Below the pieces are notes generated by a model. The model made no database searches. It was not told where the DNA came from and saw only the letters and a program-made list of their open reading frames with translations. Both the position numbers and the translations under genes were made by a program. From positions 15,624,001 to 15,688,000 of the forward strand of contig NC_043023.1 of NCBI RefSeq assembly GCF_006345805.1: a stretch of DNA of 64,000 nt, in the 5' to 3' direction. This DNA comes from Octopus sinensis. Its lineage: Eukaryota. Shown one piece after another: positions 1 through 10,820 of this stretch (its first letter is position 1; every line of letters starts with the position of its first letter).

Positions 1-15
1 CGCCCTATATTAACC

Positions 16-242
16 GGAAAGAAGCCCGTCGTACATATGTGTATATGTATGTTTATGTGTCTGTGTTTGTCACCCTAGCATCGCTGGACAACCGATGCTG
101 GTGTGTTTACGTTCCCGTAACTTAGCGGTTCGGCTAAAGAAACCCAATAGAATAAATCCTGGGGTCGATTTGCTCGACTGAAAGGTGGTGCTCTAGCATG
201 GCCACAGTCAAATGATTGAAACAAGTAAACGAGAGAATAGAG
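16..242 (+). mobile_element. tRNA-derived SINE, 3' part (family A)
   Basis: Same body as the fuller copies at 2530-2929 and 52632-52980 (gaaagaagcccgtcgta ... ggcggtgctccagcatggcc ... tgaaacaagtaaa). Confidence 0.75.
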
Positions 243-1130
243 ATAACTATTAAAGCCAATCATTTTGACAAAATAAACAGCAAATAGTGATACGTAAGTT
301 ATACCTCTATAATAAAGCGATAGACAGCTTCGAACGGACACAAGTAACAAATGGAATGTCTACTGTAATAAAAGAAGGCGATCTTCCGGAAGTACCAGAT
401 ACATTTCAAAAAAGTGTTTTTTTTTATATATGGGGCGTTAGGGTAAGGTTTAAAGTTAGGGTGTGTGGCGATCCTTCGGTATATGTACACACGTGATTTT
501 GTTTACATTTCTGAAAATATGAGTTCCAGCGATGGTGCCCCAGCATGGCCGCGGCCTTCGGGCTAAAACATTTTTAATGATTTATAACAGAAACCCTGAC
601 CCCCCCCCCATATATAAAAAAACCCCACTTTTTTTTAATGTATCCGGTACTTATATCGTAACATCACCTAAAAGACATTAACAATTTGGTGCTTTTTCAT
701 CGACATACCAAGTAAAAATTAAGATTAGATTTTCTTGGCATTATTCAAGAAGTTTAACGGAGAATGGAATTAATATCGAAATCAGATTAGCAACATTCAA
801 AACTTTCACAATTGTCTGGAGTTTCCAATTAACCAGGGTCATCGGCTTTTACCACAAACAAAACATGTATTGTATCTTACCTGTGATGATAAATAAATTA
901 GTGTTTAATATGAATTAACGTTAATTACGGAAAGGATCGATCTGGCGGGAAATATAATTTAAAGGCACTTTAGAAAAACCGACACGGAACGTCAACGAAA
1001 CGAACTAAAATCTGAATATTGTATCCGTCCTATTACTACGTATTTGTCGGATGCTAAAACGGAAGTGGTAAATTTTTAATGGTTTTTATTGCTATAATTA
1101 CGTTTTCGAAATGTGATTTATAATGAAAAA
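240..1130 (-). promoter_or_regulatory. ZNF-cassette promoter / non-coding exon 1 / intron start for a gene lying left of the window
   Basis: Reverse complement matches the blocks upstream of ZNF-1, -2 and -3. It has ttagttcgtttcgttgacgttccgtgtcgg (about 1008-979) and a donor cag|gtaag at 881|880. Confidence 0.6.
377..668. mobile_element. MITE with GGCGATC-type terminal inverted repeats
   Basis: Imperfect inverted arms (aagtaccagatacatttcaaaaaagtg...atatgggg versus ccccatatata...aatgtatccggtactt). A related copy is at 10011-10186. Confidence 0.6.
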
Positions 1131-1214
1131 ACCCCGAATAATGGCAAAAAATACAAAAGTATATGCTGACTACTTATTTTCAGGTTTTTTGCTACTCTTA
1201 CGATCTCCTCTTTA

Positions 1215-1612
1215 AACCTATAGTGTCGTTCTTCGTTTATTTCTTTTTAAGGTTAAGGTGAGAAACCCGTGGGTTGTTTTCTAACCAATACCCAAGAAAT
1301 TATTTTTCTCTTAGCTTTATTGAGAAAATCCTACATTTTGTAAGATATTTGTTGTTTTTTATTTCTTCAATTTCAACTAATAAATGACGTCTATTGAGGT
1401 GAAAACATTCTGTGCCGTATGAATATGTCCCTCGTTTAAGAAACAGATTGGGTTTATTTACATTTCTGAAGAAAAAAAAGATAACCTTTCCTCAACTCCT
1501 AACCCTAAAACAGATTGAAATGCAATAGATCGATACTATGGTCATAATTATGGGTGACAATTTCATATGATGCCGCTAGAAAAAACTGCCGTTCAAACGG
1601 AAAACGTCCGAT
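1215..1612. mobile_element. MITE of the GGATCTTTTCCTTTTGAACGGC family, left end degenerate
   Basis: Internal sequence and right TIR (ctgccgttcaaacggaaaacgtcc) match 8115-8769 and 13588-13993. Confidence 0.6.
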
Positions 1613-1769
1613 GGGAGTAAGACACACGTGTCTGTTCCCCACACCCACCACTATCTAACAAGTCGTGTTGCTTTCTTTGACATTGTGGTTCGGTACGCGG
1701 AGGACGTAAAAGTAGCAATACAAATCTCAGCTTCTAGCTTTGTATCATTTGTTATTATTTGGATTTTTT

Positions 1770-1976
1770 CTTACAATTCACATTTTCAAAAATTTACCAC
1801 TTTACTTTTAGCATCAGACAAAAGTGTTATTAATACGGGAAGCACAACAACCGGATTCTTAATTCGTTTCGTTGACGTTCCGTGTCGGCTTTTCGATGTG
1901 TCTTTTTCGCTAGATCGCTTATTTGTGTAATTAAAAATATTATAAAACACCGACTAATATATTATAAGAGGTAAGA
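1770..1976 (+). promoter_or_regulatory. ZNF-1 putative promoter, non-coding exon 1 and 5' splice donor
   Basis: Conserved block with ttaattcgtttcgttgacgttccgtgtcgg and donor ag|gtaag at 1970|1971, shared by all cassette copies. Confidence 0.6.
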
Positions 1977-2529
1977 TGTAACACATATTTTCTTTTTAGT
2001 AAAAGCCTATGTATCTGGCTAATTTGAAACAGCAGGCAGTTTTGAAAGTTTTAAATACTGCTTCTCTGAAATCGATATTAATTCTATTGTCCAGTAAACT
2101 TCGTAAATTATGCCTAGAAAATCTGGATTTTACTTGTGGCCATGAAAAAGCACCAGATTTTTAATTACAATTATTTTAATAAATACTTCCTTATTTTAGT
2201 AGATATTTCAGTGTTTTCATTTCAAGTTTTAATTTGGAAAACTGACAGTTCATTCTATTAATAAACTGGTATAATTTTAGTAAAAAATAAAATTAAGAAG
2301 TGATTTTGTTATGGTTATCTGGATTGCTATAACCTTTAGAATAATACCTATCCAAACCGATTTTGGACATTTTCATTTTTAACTTAAAAACCACGGGAGG
2401 GGCCTTTTCGGTTAAAATAAAACAAGTAAACATTTTCAGGGGAAAAGGTGAACAATTCAAGGGATGTTTTGCTGGTGTTTCTAGCAGAACCCAAACCACC
2501 CTCCCTTTTCACTCTCACATGTATTATCT

Positions 2530-2723
2530 TTTTCTTACTTGTTTCAGTCATTTTGACTGCGGCCATGCTGGAGCACCGCCTTTAATCGAGCAACTCGACC
2601 CTGGGACTTATTCTTTGTAAGCCCAGTACTTAATGTATCGGTCTATTTTGCCGAACTGCTAAGTGACCGGGACATAAACACACCAGCATCGGTTGTCAAG
2701 CAATGCTAGGGGGACAAACATAT

Positions 2724-2766
<43 letters not shown>

Positions 2767-2929
2767 TAGGACAGGCTTCTTTCAGTTTCCGTCTACCAAA
2801 TTCACTCAAAAGGCATTGGTCGGCCCGAGGATATAGCAGAAGACACTTGCCCAAGGTGCCACGCAATGGGACTAAACCCGGAACCATGTGGTTGGTAAAC
2901 AAGCTACTTACCACACAGCCACTCCTGTG
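2530..2929 (-). mobile_element. tRNA-derived SINE (family A), full length
   Basis: tRNA-like head with B-box-like ggttccgggtttagtccc, internal (TA)n tract and A-rich tail. Many copies in the window. Confidence 0.8.
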
Positions 2930-2981
2930 TGTTGATGTTTTTTTAAAAAATATTTTTCTCCTATTATATTTTATGGAATGA

Positions 2982-4155
2982 CTAGCAGATACCCGGCGTT
3001 GCTCAGTATTAAAAGGTCATAATTTGTGTTTATATATATTACAGTTATGTTGAAAAAGGTGATATAGGAAAGTGCAGCATTGATGACAAAACATTTGTGG
3101 AGTAAAAGATGGGCTAACTGGACTAAGCGACTTGTCATTTGTCCGAGTATTCCTTGCCCTAACCAGTCATGGAAAATTGGGGGTGGAGGGTATGTGGTTT
3201 TTGAATGCACCGAAAAGCTGTCAGTGGATATGTTTTCCTTTCTGGCATCTAACATGACCCATCGTCTGAAGTTTTGACATCTCCTTTGGGTTTATTGTCC
3301 TACATCACTCATGAAGTAAATTTTGAGGACCTGTGACACATAAAAGCACCAACCGACCGTGGCCATTTGCCAGCCTCCTCTGGCCGGTGGCACGAAAAAA
3401 GCACCCACTATACTCACGGAGTGGTTGGCGTTAGGAAGGGCATCCAGCTGTAGAAACACTGCCAGATCAGACTAGGGCCTGGTGCAGCCTCGTGGTTTCC
3501 CAGATCCCGGTCAAACCGTCCAACCGATGCTAGCATGGAAAACAGACGTTAAACGATGATGAAGATTTGGTTGGTTGTTCATTTGTGGGTAACAGGGAAC
3601 CATTGCCCTTCGACTGTGAATGTCAGTGTAAATCCATGTTCAACTATCTCCTTAGATGCACCAAACAATGTCATTTGTGATGCAGGATTGTCTGATATTG
3701 TTCAGGAAATCCGACTGGATGGAAGTACCTTCCAGAAGAGGTTGAGAAGGAGCTGGTAGTGCTGGCAATATTACCTTACTGCCTGGGCATTGCATGCCAT
3801 TAGTTTCATTTGGAAATTTTAAAGCTTTACAGAAACAACGATTTGAGTTTAGCACACTAATTTGGCCAAAATTATCATTTTCATAAAAATGGGATGGATT
3901 ATATATGAAAGCAGCTCCAGGATTTGTGAAGAACGCATTTATACATAGTCTGTTTGTGAGAGCTATTCTATTGGACCACTGTCTAATCATTAAAATGTTT
4001 TAATGGCTAAGCATTAAATGCTGCAGCATGTGTTTGCTGATCTTGCAAAAGTCTCATCTCCCTTCTGTATTGAGACTCCATCTGACGTGCTGCGGCTTGC
4101 CTTTGCTCATCTTGAGAAAGTCCCATCTTGCTTCTGTCTTAAGAAGCAAGATGGA
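2982..4155 (-). mobile_element. Old degenerate Helitron remnant in ZNF-1 intron
   Basis: 3' hairpin plus CTAG at 2982-3005. Minus-strand translation gives Q/R/E-rich repeats (QDEQRQAAARQMESQYRREMRLLQDQ) and the RepHel N-terminal Zn-binding segment (CFCKALKFPNETNGMQCPGSKVILPALPAP...FLNNIRQ). Confidence 0.6.
3340..3562 (+). mobile_element. Short element with the RTE-LINE 3' tail ending in (GAT)n
   Basis: aaagcacccactatactc...ggagtggttggcgttaggaagggcatccagc...aaacgatgatga matches the 3' end of the LINE at 33445-36040. Confidence 0.75.
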
Positions 4156-4387
4156 AATATTGTCCAATAATATGTAATTTAATCTTTTACATAATATCCG
4201 AAGGTAGAGGAGCTGAAGTCTGTGTATATGTAGACATTACACAAGGTTGTATCATATAATTTCAATAACAGAATATATTTCAAAGACAACTTAAAGGATT
4301 ATATCCACAGTTTATGATTATGAAAATGAAATTATATTTTCTATTGTTGAATCTCTGCTTTTTAAGTCTTTCCTATATCTTCTACTG

Positions 4388-4404
4388 TTTCTGTGTCATT
4401 TCAG
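4388..4404 (+). promoter_or_regulatory. 3' splice acceptor of ZNF-1 coding exon
   Basis: TTTCTGTGTCATTTCAG, identical upstream of all six paralogs (AG at about 4404, 11694, 23236, 36893 minus, 39104, 56693 minus). Confidence 0.7.
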
Positions 4405-4782
4405 AATATGAGATGTTAGTGGTATAAAGGAGTTTTTACATCAGATACATCAGGAATATTGATCATCACTTGAAGACTAATGGAAGATGTTATAAATAAT
4501 ACATATAACCACGTTTATATAATTTATCTATGGTGAAGAACTGTGAAAAATTCCATCTGAATTAATAGCAACATTTGTTTCCATCATTGCCTGGAATATT
4601 TGCTAAAGTATTTCCCATTCAGTCTGAACTTGGAAAAATCTGCAAAGGTGTTTCTATTACCTTTAGATATTGACAAAGACCAGACTTGTGGAAAATATAA
4701 CTAGAGAATTATTTGAATCAACCAAGGAATATATAAGAAGAACAGGAAAATATATTTTGTGCTTGTATACTATAGAACAATA

Positions 4783-6423
4783 ATGAATCCTCAAGAGATG
4801 ACAAAAGAAAGAAAAAAGTTATCACACCAATGTGATATCTGTAAAAAGACTTTTTCTAATAAGGGAAATCTCACTGTTCACAAATTCATTCATGCAGGGG
4901 GGAAACAATATCATTGTGATATTTGTGGTAAATCAATCTCTCAGAAAAGTAACCTTACCTCTCACAAATACATTCATACAAGAGAGAAACGGTATCGCTG
5001 TGATATTTGTGGAAAGTCATTCTTACAGAAGGTTCACCTTACTTCTCACAAATACAGTCATACAGGTGAGAAACCATATCAATGTCGTATTTGTGGTAAA
5101 TCATTCTCTAAAAAAATTAACCTTACTTCTCACAAATACATTCATACAGGAGAGAAACCATATCGCTGTGATATTTGTGGTAAATCATTCTCTCAAACAA
5201 ATAGTCTTACTTACCACAAATTCAGTCATACAGGGGAGAAACCACATCCCTGTGATATATGTGGTATATCATTCTCCCAGTTAGGTGACTTAACTAAACA
5301 CAAATACATTCATAATGGAGAGAAACCTTATCACTGTGATATCTGTGGAAAGTCATTCTCCCAGAAAATACATCTGACTTCCCACAAAAATGTTCATACA
5401 GGAGAAAATTCATATCACTGTGATGTCTGTGGTAAATCGTTCTCTCATAAAAGTAGCCTTCTTTGTCACAAAGACATTCACTTAGGAGAGAAACCACATC
5501 ACTGTGATATCTGTGATAAATCATTCCGCCTGATAGGTAGCTTAACAAGACACAAATACATTCATACAAGAGAGAAACCATATCGTTGTGATATCTGTGG
5601 AGTGTCATTCACTCAGAAGACTAGTCTTACTTCTCATAAATACACTCACACAGGAGAGAAACCATATGAATGTGATATTTGTGGTAAATCATTCTCTCAA
5701 AACCGTACCCTTATGTATCACAAATCCATTCATACAGGAGAGAAACCATATCAATGTGATATTTGTGGTGAGTCATTCTCTCGGAAGACTGGCCTTGCTT
5801 ATCATAAATCCATTCATACAGGAGAGAAACCATATGAATGCGATATTTGTGGTAAATCCTTTTCGTTAAAAAGTTATTTAACAACTCACAAACTTATTCA
5901 TACTAATGAGAAGCCATATCAGTGTGATATCTGTGGTAAAACGTTCTCTCATAAAAGTAACCTTAGTAATCATACATACACTCATACTGGAGAGAAACTA
6001 TATCCCTGTGACATTTGTGGTAAATCATTCTCTCAAAAAAGTTGCCTTACTTATCACAAATACACTCATACAGGGGAGAAACCACATCACTGTGATGTTT
6101 GTGGTAAATCATTCCCTTGTTTGAGCGCTTTAACCTCTCATAAATACATTCACACAGGAGAGCAACCATATCAATGTAATATCTGTAGCACAGCATTCTC
6201 CCGAAAAAGTAGTTTATCTGTGCACAAACGCACTCATACAGGAGACAAGCCATATCCCTGTGACATTTGTGGTAAATCATTTTTTTATCAAAGCAAGTTA
6301 ACCTCTCATAAATACATTCATACAGGAGAAAAACCATATTCCTGTGATATCTGTGGTAAATCATTCTCTCATAAAAGTAACTTTAATAGACACAAATACA
6401 TTCATACAGGAGAGAAACCATAG
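4783..6423 (+). CDS. C2H2 zinc-finger protein ZNF-1, 19 tandem fingers, intact
   Basis: ORF track 4759..6423; first in-frame ATG at 4783. A 14-aa leader followed by 19 x 28-aa CxxC-x12-HxxxH repeats with TGEKP linkers; no KRAB, BTB or ZAD domain visible. Confidence 0.93.
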   Translation: MNPQEMTKERKKLSHQCDICKKTFSNKGNLTVHKFIHAGGKQYHCDICGKSISQKSNLTSHKYIHTREKRYRCDICGKSFLQKVHLTSHKYSHTGEKPYQCRICGKSFSKKINLTSHKYIHTGEKPYRCDICGKSFSQTNSLTYHKFSHTGEKPHPCDICGISFSQLGDLTKHKYIHNGEKPYHCDICGKSFSQKIHLTSHKNVHTGENSYHCDVCGKSFSHKSSLLCHKDIHLGEKPHHCDICDKSFRLIGSLTRHKYIHTREKPYRCDICGVSFTQKTSLTSHKYTHTGEKPYECDICGKSFSQNRTLMYHKSIHTGEKPYQCDICGESFSRKTGLAYHKSIHTGEKPYECDICGKSFSLKSYLTTHKLIHTNEKPYQCDICGKTFSHKSNLSNHTYTHTGEKLYPCDICGKSFSQKSCLTYHKYTHTGEKPHHCDVCGKSFPCLSALTSHKYIHTGEQPYQCNICSTAFSRKSSLSVHKRTHTGDKPYPCDICGKSFFYQSKLTSHKYIHTGEKPYSCDICGKSFSHKSNFNRHKYIHTGEKP

Positions 6424-6785
6424 CACTGTGATATCTGCAGTAAATAATTGTGTGTTCAGTATTATTTAACAGATCACAATTCCACTCATGCTAGATATGT
6501 CAGTGTGATATCTGTGTTAAATCTTTCTCTGAGGAATGTGCTATATATACTCATAAATATTTTCTAATAGGAGAGAAGACCTATCACTGTGATATGTATA
6601 GTAAATCATTCTGTGTGGAACAATATATAACTAATCCCAAATGCATTCATAAGGGTGGCAAAAAGCACAACACTGTGGCATCTGTGATGTCATTCTCTTG
6701 TAATTACTTAACGAAATACAAACATATTCATACAAGATTGGATTCTTGTGGCTGTGTTATCTTTGGTAAATCATTCTCTCAATAA
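6424..6785 (+). pseudogene. Degenerate zinc-finger repeats in the ZNF-1 3' UTR
   Basis: cactgtgatatctg / ggagagaa / ggtaaatcattctct motifs continue after the stop, with stops and indels. Confidence 0.75.
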
Positions 6786-7029
6786 TGTACCTGAACTTAA
6801 CATATATGTATCCATATTACTCAATAACAATATCAGTGATATTGTGAATTAATGTAATAAACAGAAAGAAAATTAAAGTTGTCTTACTCTTTTTTCTCTG
6901 CTCATTTTATACGCAGAACATTCTACCAAATGTTGTAATGGTGAGACACACGTAAATTATAGAATTCACAGTGGATCAGTGTATGATAAAAGTCACACAC
7001 GTCTCCAAACTAACCTACTATAAGCGTTT

Positions 7030-7345
7030 ATTTTCTCTCTATCCACTCAGTTGAAGTCGACTCTCGGTCACTCGGATCAGTGTCCTCCAGTCAGTTCTAT
7101 CCTGGGTCGCTTCTTTCAGATTGGCCATGTCCATTACGGTATCACTGTTGCTGGTCGGCCTCTTCCTCTCTTGCCACTGACTATTCCGAGCATGATGTCC
7201 TTCTCCAGGGATTTTCTCCGCATAATATGACCAAAATATGCCAATCTATGCTTGGTGATCCTAGCTTCTAGCGACATTTTCGGCCTTATCTGCTTAAGAA
7301 CTTCTCCATTGGTGAGCCTCGCTGTCCACGGAATCCGCAAATTTG
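7030..7345 (-). mobile_element. RTE-clade (BovB-like) LINE 3' fragment
   Basis: RIPWTARLTNGEVLKQI...RLAYFGHIMRRKSLEKDIMLGIVSGKRGRGRP is a typical RTE RT C-terminus. Confidence 0.8.
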
Positions 7346-7699
7346 TTGATATTATTTAATTAAATATCAAGATACAGTGAATGGGAGACTTTTACATTTA
7401 AACCGCCTGAAATTTCATCTAGTTGTAACTTCTCCCCGTTAATTAATCCTTCAAATTAGTGCTGAAAGAAGAAATGTTTGATTTCATGGTAGGGGTGAAA
7501 CATCAGTGATATTATAATGGCTCAGAGTTACTTCCCTTAGCATTAAACAGAAAGAAATGCCTTCAAACTTTATATTTCGTCTTTATTCCTCTTCGACCAG
7601 ATCCAGCTGGAATAGCTCTCTGCTGTCTCTGATATTGCCTCTAGAGCATTGCTCATGTTCTTCCCAGAGACTGAGGGTTGTTTCTTTAAATCGTAGTGT

Positions 7700-8040
7700 G
7701 ATTTGCCCATAAGATCGCGCCTCTGTAGTGGGAGAAGCGTGGTCCTTTGCTATTTGTAAGACCCGCAAAAGAGAAAGCAGGTCAACCCCCGACACCGAGA
7801 GCATCGACGGATGGATGAATGCGCATCCAGGCTCAGCGGTTGCGTCGGAAGTCGGGGACAAGAAATAGGAAGAAAGAATGAGAGAAAGTTGGAGCAAAAG
7901 CGTACAACTGGGGTCGCCACCCACTGCCGGAGCCTCGGGTGTTTTCGCTCAATAAATACACACAACGCCCGGTCTGGGAATCGAAACCGTAATCCTCCGA
8001 CCGAGAGATCGCTGCCCTAACCACTGGTCATTGCGCCTCC
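7700..8040 (-). mobile_element. tRNA-derived SINE (second family)
   Basis: Minus-strand head ggcgcaatgaccagtggttagg (A-box-like) and ggtttcgattcc (B-box-like). The 3' boundary is uncertain. Confidence 0.55.
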
Positions 8041-8114
8041 ACTGTTGTTGCTGTTGTTGGAGGTGTTTGTGTTGAACTTATTGTTATTGTTGTGGGTGAT
8101 GTGGTTGTTATCGT

Positions 8115-8769
8115 GGATCTTTTCCTTTTGAACGGCACTTTTCAACACAATTTCTAGTTAAGTAAACACATTTAAACTTCGTATACTGGTAGAATGTGTT
8201 ATGAAACATCATTTTTTCTTGTCTTTATTGAGAAAATTCCATATATTGTAACATATGTCGTCTTTAATTTCGAGCATTTCGGCAATTTTAACCAATCGCT
8301 GACCTCCATTGACATAAACAACATTCCGTGCTGTATGAATATGTCCCTCGTTTAAGAAACAGATTGGGTTTATTTACATTTGCGAAGAAAAAAAGATACA
8401 CCCCGCTCCTAACCCTAAAATAGATTGAAATGCAATAGATCGATACTAGGGCCATAATGATGGGTGACATTTTCATTTGACACCGCTAGAAAAAAATCCC
8501 ATTTTCCGTAGCGGTGTCGTTTGAAATTGTCACCCATAATTATAACCCTAGTATCTATCTATTGCATTTCAAATGGACGTCAGCGATTAGTTAAAACTTC
8601 CGAAATGCTCGAAATTAAAGTCGAAATATGTTATAACATATAGAATTTTCTCAATAAAGCCAAGAGAAAATGATGTTTTATAAACACATTCTACCAGTAT
8701 ACGAAGTTTAAAACTGTTTAGTTAACTAGAAATTATGTTAAAAAACTGCCGTTCAAAAGGATAAGATCC
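8115..8769. mobile_element. MITE with long (about 175 bp) TIRs, GGATCTTTTCCTTTTGAACGGC family
   Basis: Left ggatcttttccttttgaacggc...aaacttcgtatactggtagaatgtg mirrors right cacattctaccagtatacgaagttt...gccgttcaaaaggataagatcc. Confidence 0.8.
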
Positions 8770-8969
8770 GAATGTTGTTGTTCCCACCAACACCGCTATT
8801 GTTTACATTAATTTGAAATTTGCCAGCAAAATCTCATAAAATGGCAATGTTCTATAAGTTGTACAAGCTTTTATGCTTTATATGAAAATAAAGAAGTTAA
8901 GTATGTTATGTGACTCCGGCGTAACCGTAACCGCCAAAAACGGGTGGTGTGGCTATTCGTTACCTTGGC

Positions 8970-9212
8970 CCAATTCACATTTTCAAAAAATTATTATAGT
9001 TGTAAACAAACATTAACAGTTTACCACCTTAATTTCAGCATCAGACAAAAGTGAGTAAATACGAAGCGCACAACAACCGGATTGTTAGTTCGTTTCGTTG
9101 ACTTCCGTGTCGGCTTTTCTATGTGTCTTCCAGTAATATTTCCCGCTCGTTCGAGTGTGTAATTAAAAATATTTCTTATGAAACAGCGACTAAATTATCA
9201 TCAGAGGTAAGT
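8970..9212 (+). promoter_or_regulatory. ZNF-2 putative promoter, non-coding exon 1 and donor
   Basis: Inr-like ttagtt at 9085 within ttagttcgtttcgttgacttccgtgtcgg, and a consensus donor ag|gtaagt at 9206|9207. Confidence 0.65.
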
Positions 9213-9647
9213 TGCAATACATATCTTCTTTTTAGTAAAAGCCTATGTATCTGGCTAATTGGAAAATCCAGACAGTATTGATAGTTTTAAATAATACTAG
9301 TCTGAAATCGATATTAATTCTATTGTCCAGTGAAGCACCTGGTTTTTAATTTCAATTATTTTGGTAGATAATCCATTTGCTGGTTGTGTCCATTCAAAGC
9401 TGTTTGTTGTTTTATCACAGATGTATCATTTGCTAAACATCTGTATTTGCTGTTTATTCTGTCAAAATGATACACGTTAATAATTCTGTCCATTTCAGCT
9501 TCTCACAATAAATAATCTGCAACATCATAAAACATCAATAGCTAACTGAAACATGTGGCCAGTGATAGCACTATGATAAAAAGCAGATACAGCCTTTTGT
9601 AGACAGAATCGGCAAGGGTCATAAACTGGCGATGGGTACTACTCTAG

Positions 9648-9990
9648 AAGAGTGGTCCCGGTGTGCGCACTCGCGCTTGTTAGTCGTGACTAGTAGATCC
9701 TTACTTTGTGTTTTTGTTTTATTTAATTAGTTAAAAAAGAAATTATTTACTAAAGAATATGAAAACTAAAAGAATATATCACACACATTTTATTTGATTT
9801 GTGTAAAAAAATCATATACATTGTTCTAAGAAATAATTTATTTACTTTCTTTAAAAAATTCTTTTATTATATTCTGTAAAATCAACTCATTTGCATACGC
9901 ACAAGTCGTTGTAGGATCGACTAATTACGACTAGCTAGCGCATACCGGGTCCAGTCTTCGCTAGTAGTACCTGTGTTTTTGTGTTTTATT
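9648..9990. mobile_element. MITE with AGAGTGGTCC-GGTGCGCGCACTCGCGC type ends
   Basis: Same family as the better-preserved palindromic copy at 31497-31740. Confidence 0.55.
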
Positions 9991-10010
9991 TACTTTGTTT
10001 TGAAAAGAAA

Positions 10011-10186
10011 GGCGATCTTACGGTATAAGTACCGGTGTACTTCCGGAAGTACCGGATACATTTCAAAAAGGTGTTTTTTTATATGTGGGTCGGGGATGAT
10101 TTAGGGTTAGGGGTGGGAGAAAAGGGTTTATGTTATCTTCAGAAATGTAAACAAAGTCACGTGTGTACCTATACCGAAGGATCGCC
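10011..10186. mobile_element. MITE, TIR GGCGATC(T/C)T(A/T)CGGTATA
   Basis: ggcgatcttacggtataagtac at the left; gtacctataccgaaggatcgcc at the right. Confidence 0.65.
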
Positions 10187-10820
10187 ATTCTGTCCTGGCT
10201 CTAATCTTCATACGTCAATTCACAGAACACTTTCTCTAAATTAGTGACCACACCTTCAACATATGTGAGTGCAGTTTGTTTTTATTATTGATAAAGTTAG
10301 GAGAGGAAAAGTCATGATGGGTTGGTTCACTAAATTGTAGTTTATGTTTATGTTTGATCTGTTACAGAAGTTGTAACAATCATGAACATTACCTAATTTC
10401 ATTAATAATAGATCTGCTCAGTCAGGGATAACCTAGGGTTAAACAGTAGTCACTTATCATATTATTGTCCAATATCCTATAGTTGAACCCTTTATTGTTT
10501 AAACCGGCCATATCAGGCCCAGATATTCTGCATGTTTTATATTCAAACTGGCGGTATCTGGCCTCTCACACCTAACCTACATTGACATTCTAGAAATAAA
10601 CAATCACATCATTGAAACCTCAAAGCTATAAGATAATGCATGATTAATTCAAAAGAATTTTAGTGAAAAAGAATTACATTTAACAGAATAATCTGAACAC
10701 TAAAGGGATAATGTTTTCCATAATATCTGAAGGAAGAGGAACTGAAGTCCGTGTATATGTAGACATTACACAAGGTTGTATCATATAATTTTAATAACAA
10801 AATAAATTTCATAGACCACA

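Noticed and set aside
680-2165. Large imperfect inverted repeat read as a long-TIR DNA transposon
   Set aside because: Each arm recurs alone upstream of ZNF exons and carries a conserved splice donor, so two divergent gene 5' ends explain it better.
2880-2929. tRNA genes at SINE heads (also about 8040, 33190, 52632)
   Set aside because: Box-like motifs are present, but no complete cloverleaf is evident and each continues into a repeat body and tail.
4832-6364. Overlapping MISV.../MIYH... ORFs in other frames and strands of every ZNF gene
   Set aside because: Shadow frames created by the 84-bp periodic, codon-biased finger repeats.
6421-6447. Stop-codon readthrough by A-to-I editing (UAG to UGG)
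   Set aside because: Another in-frame stop follows within 7-9 codons in ZNF-1 and ZNF-2 and the downstream fingers are decayed, so nothing substantial would be gained.
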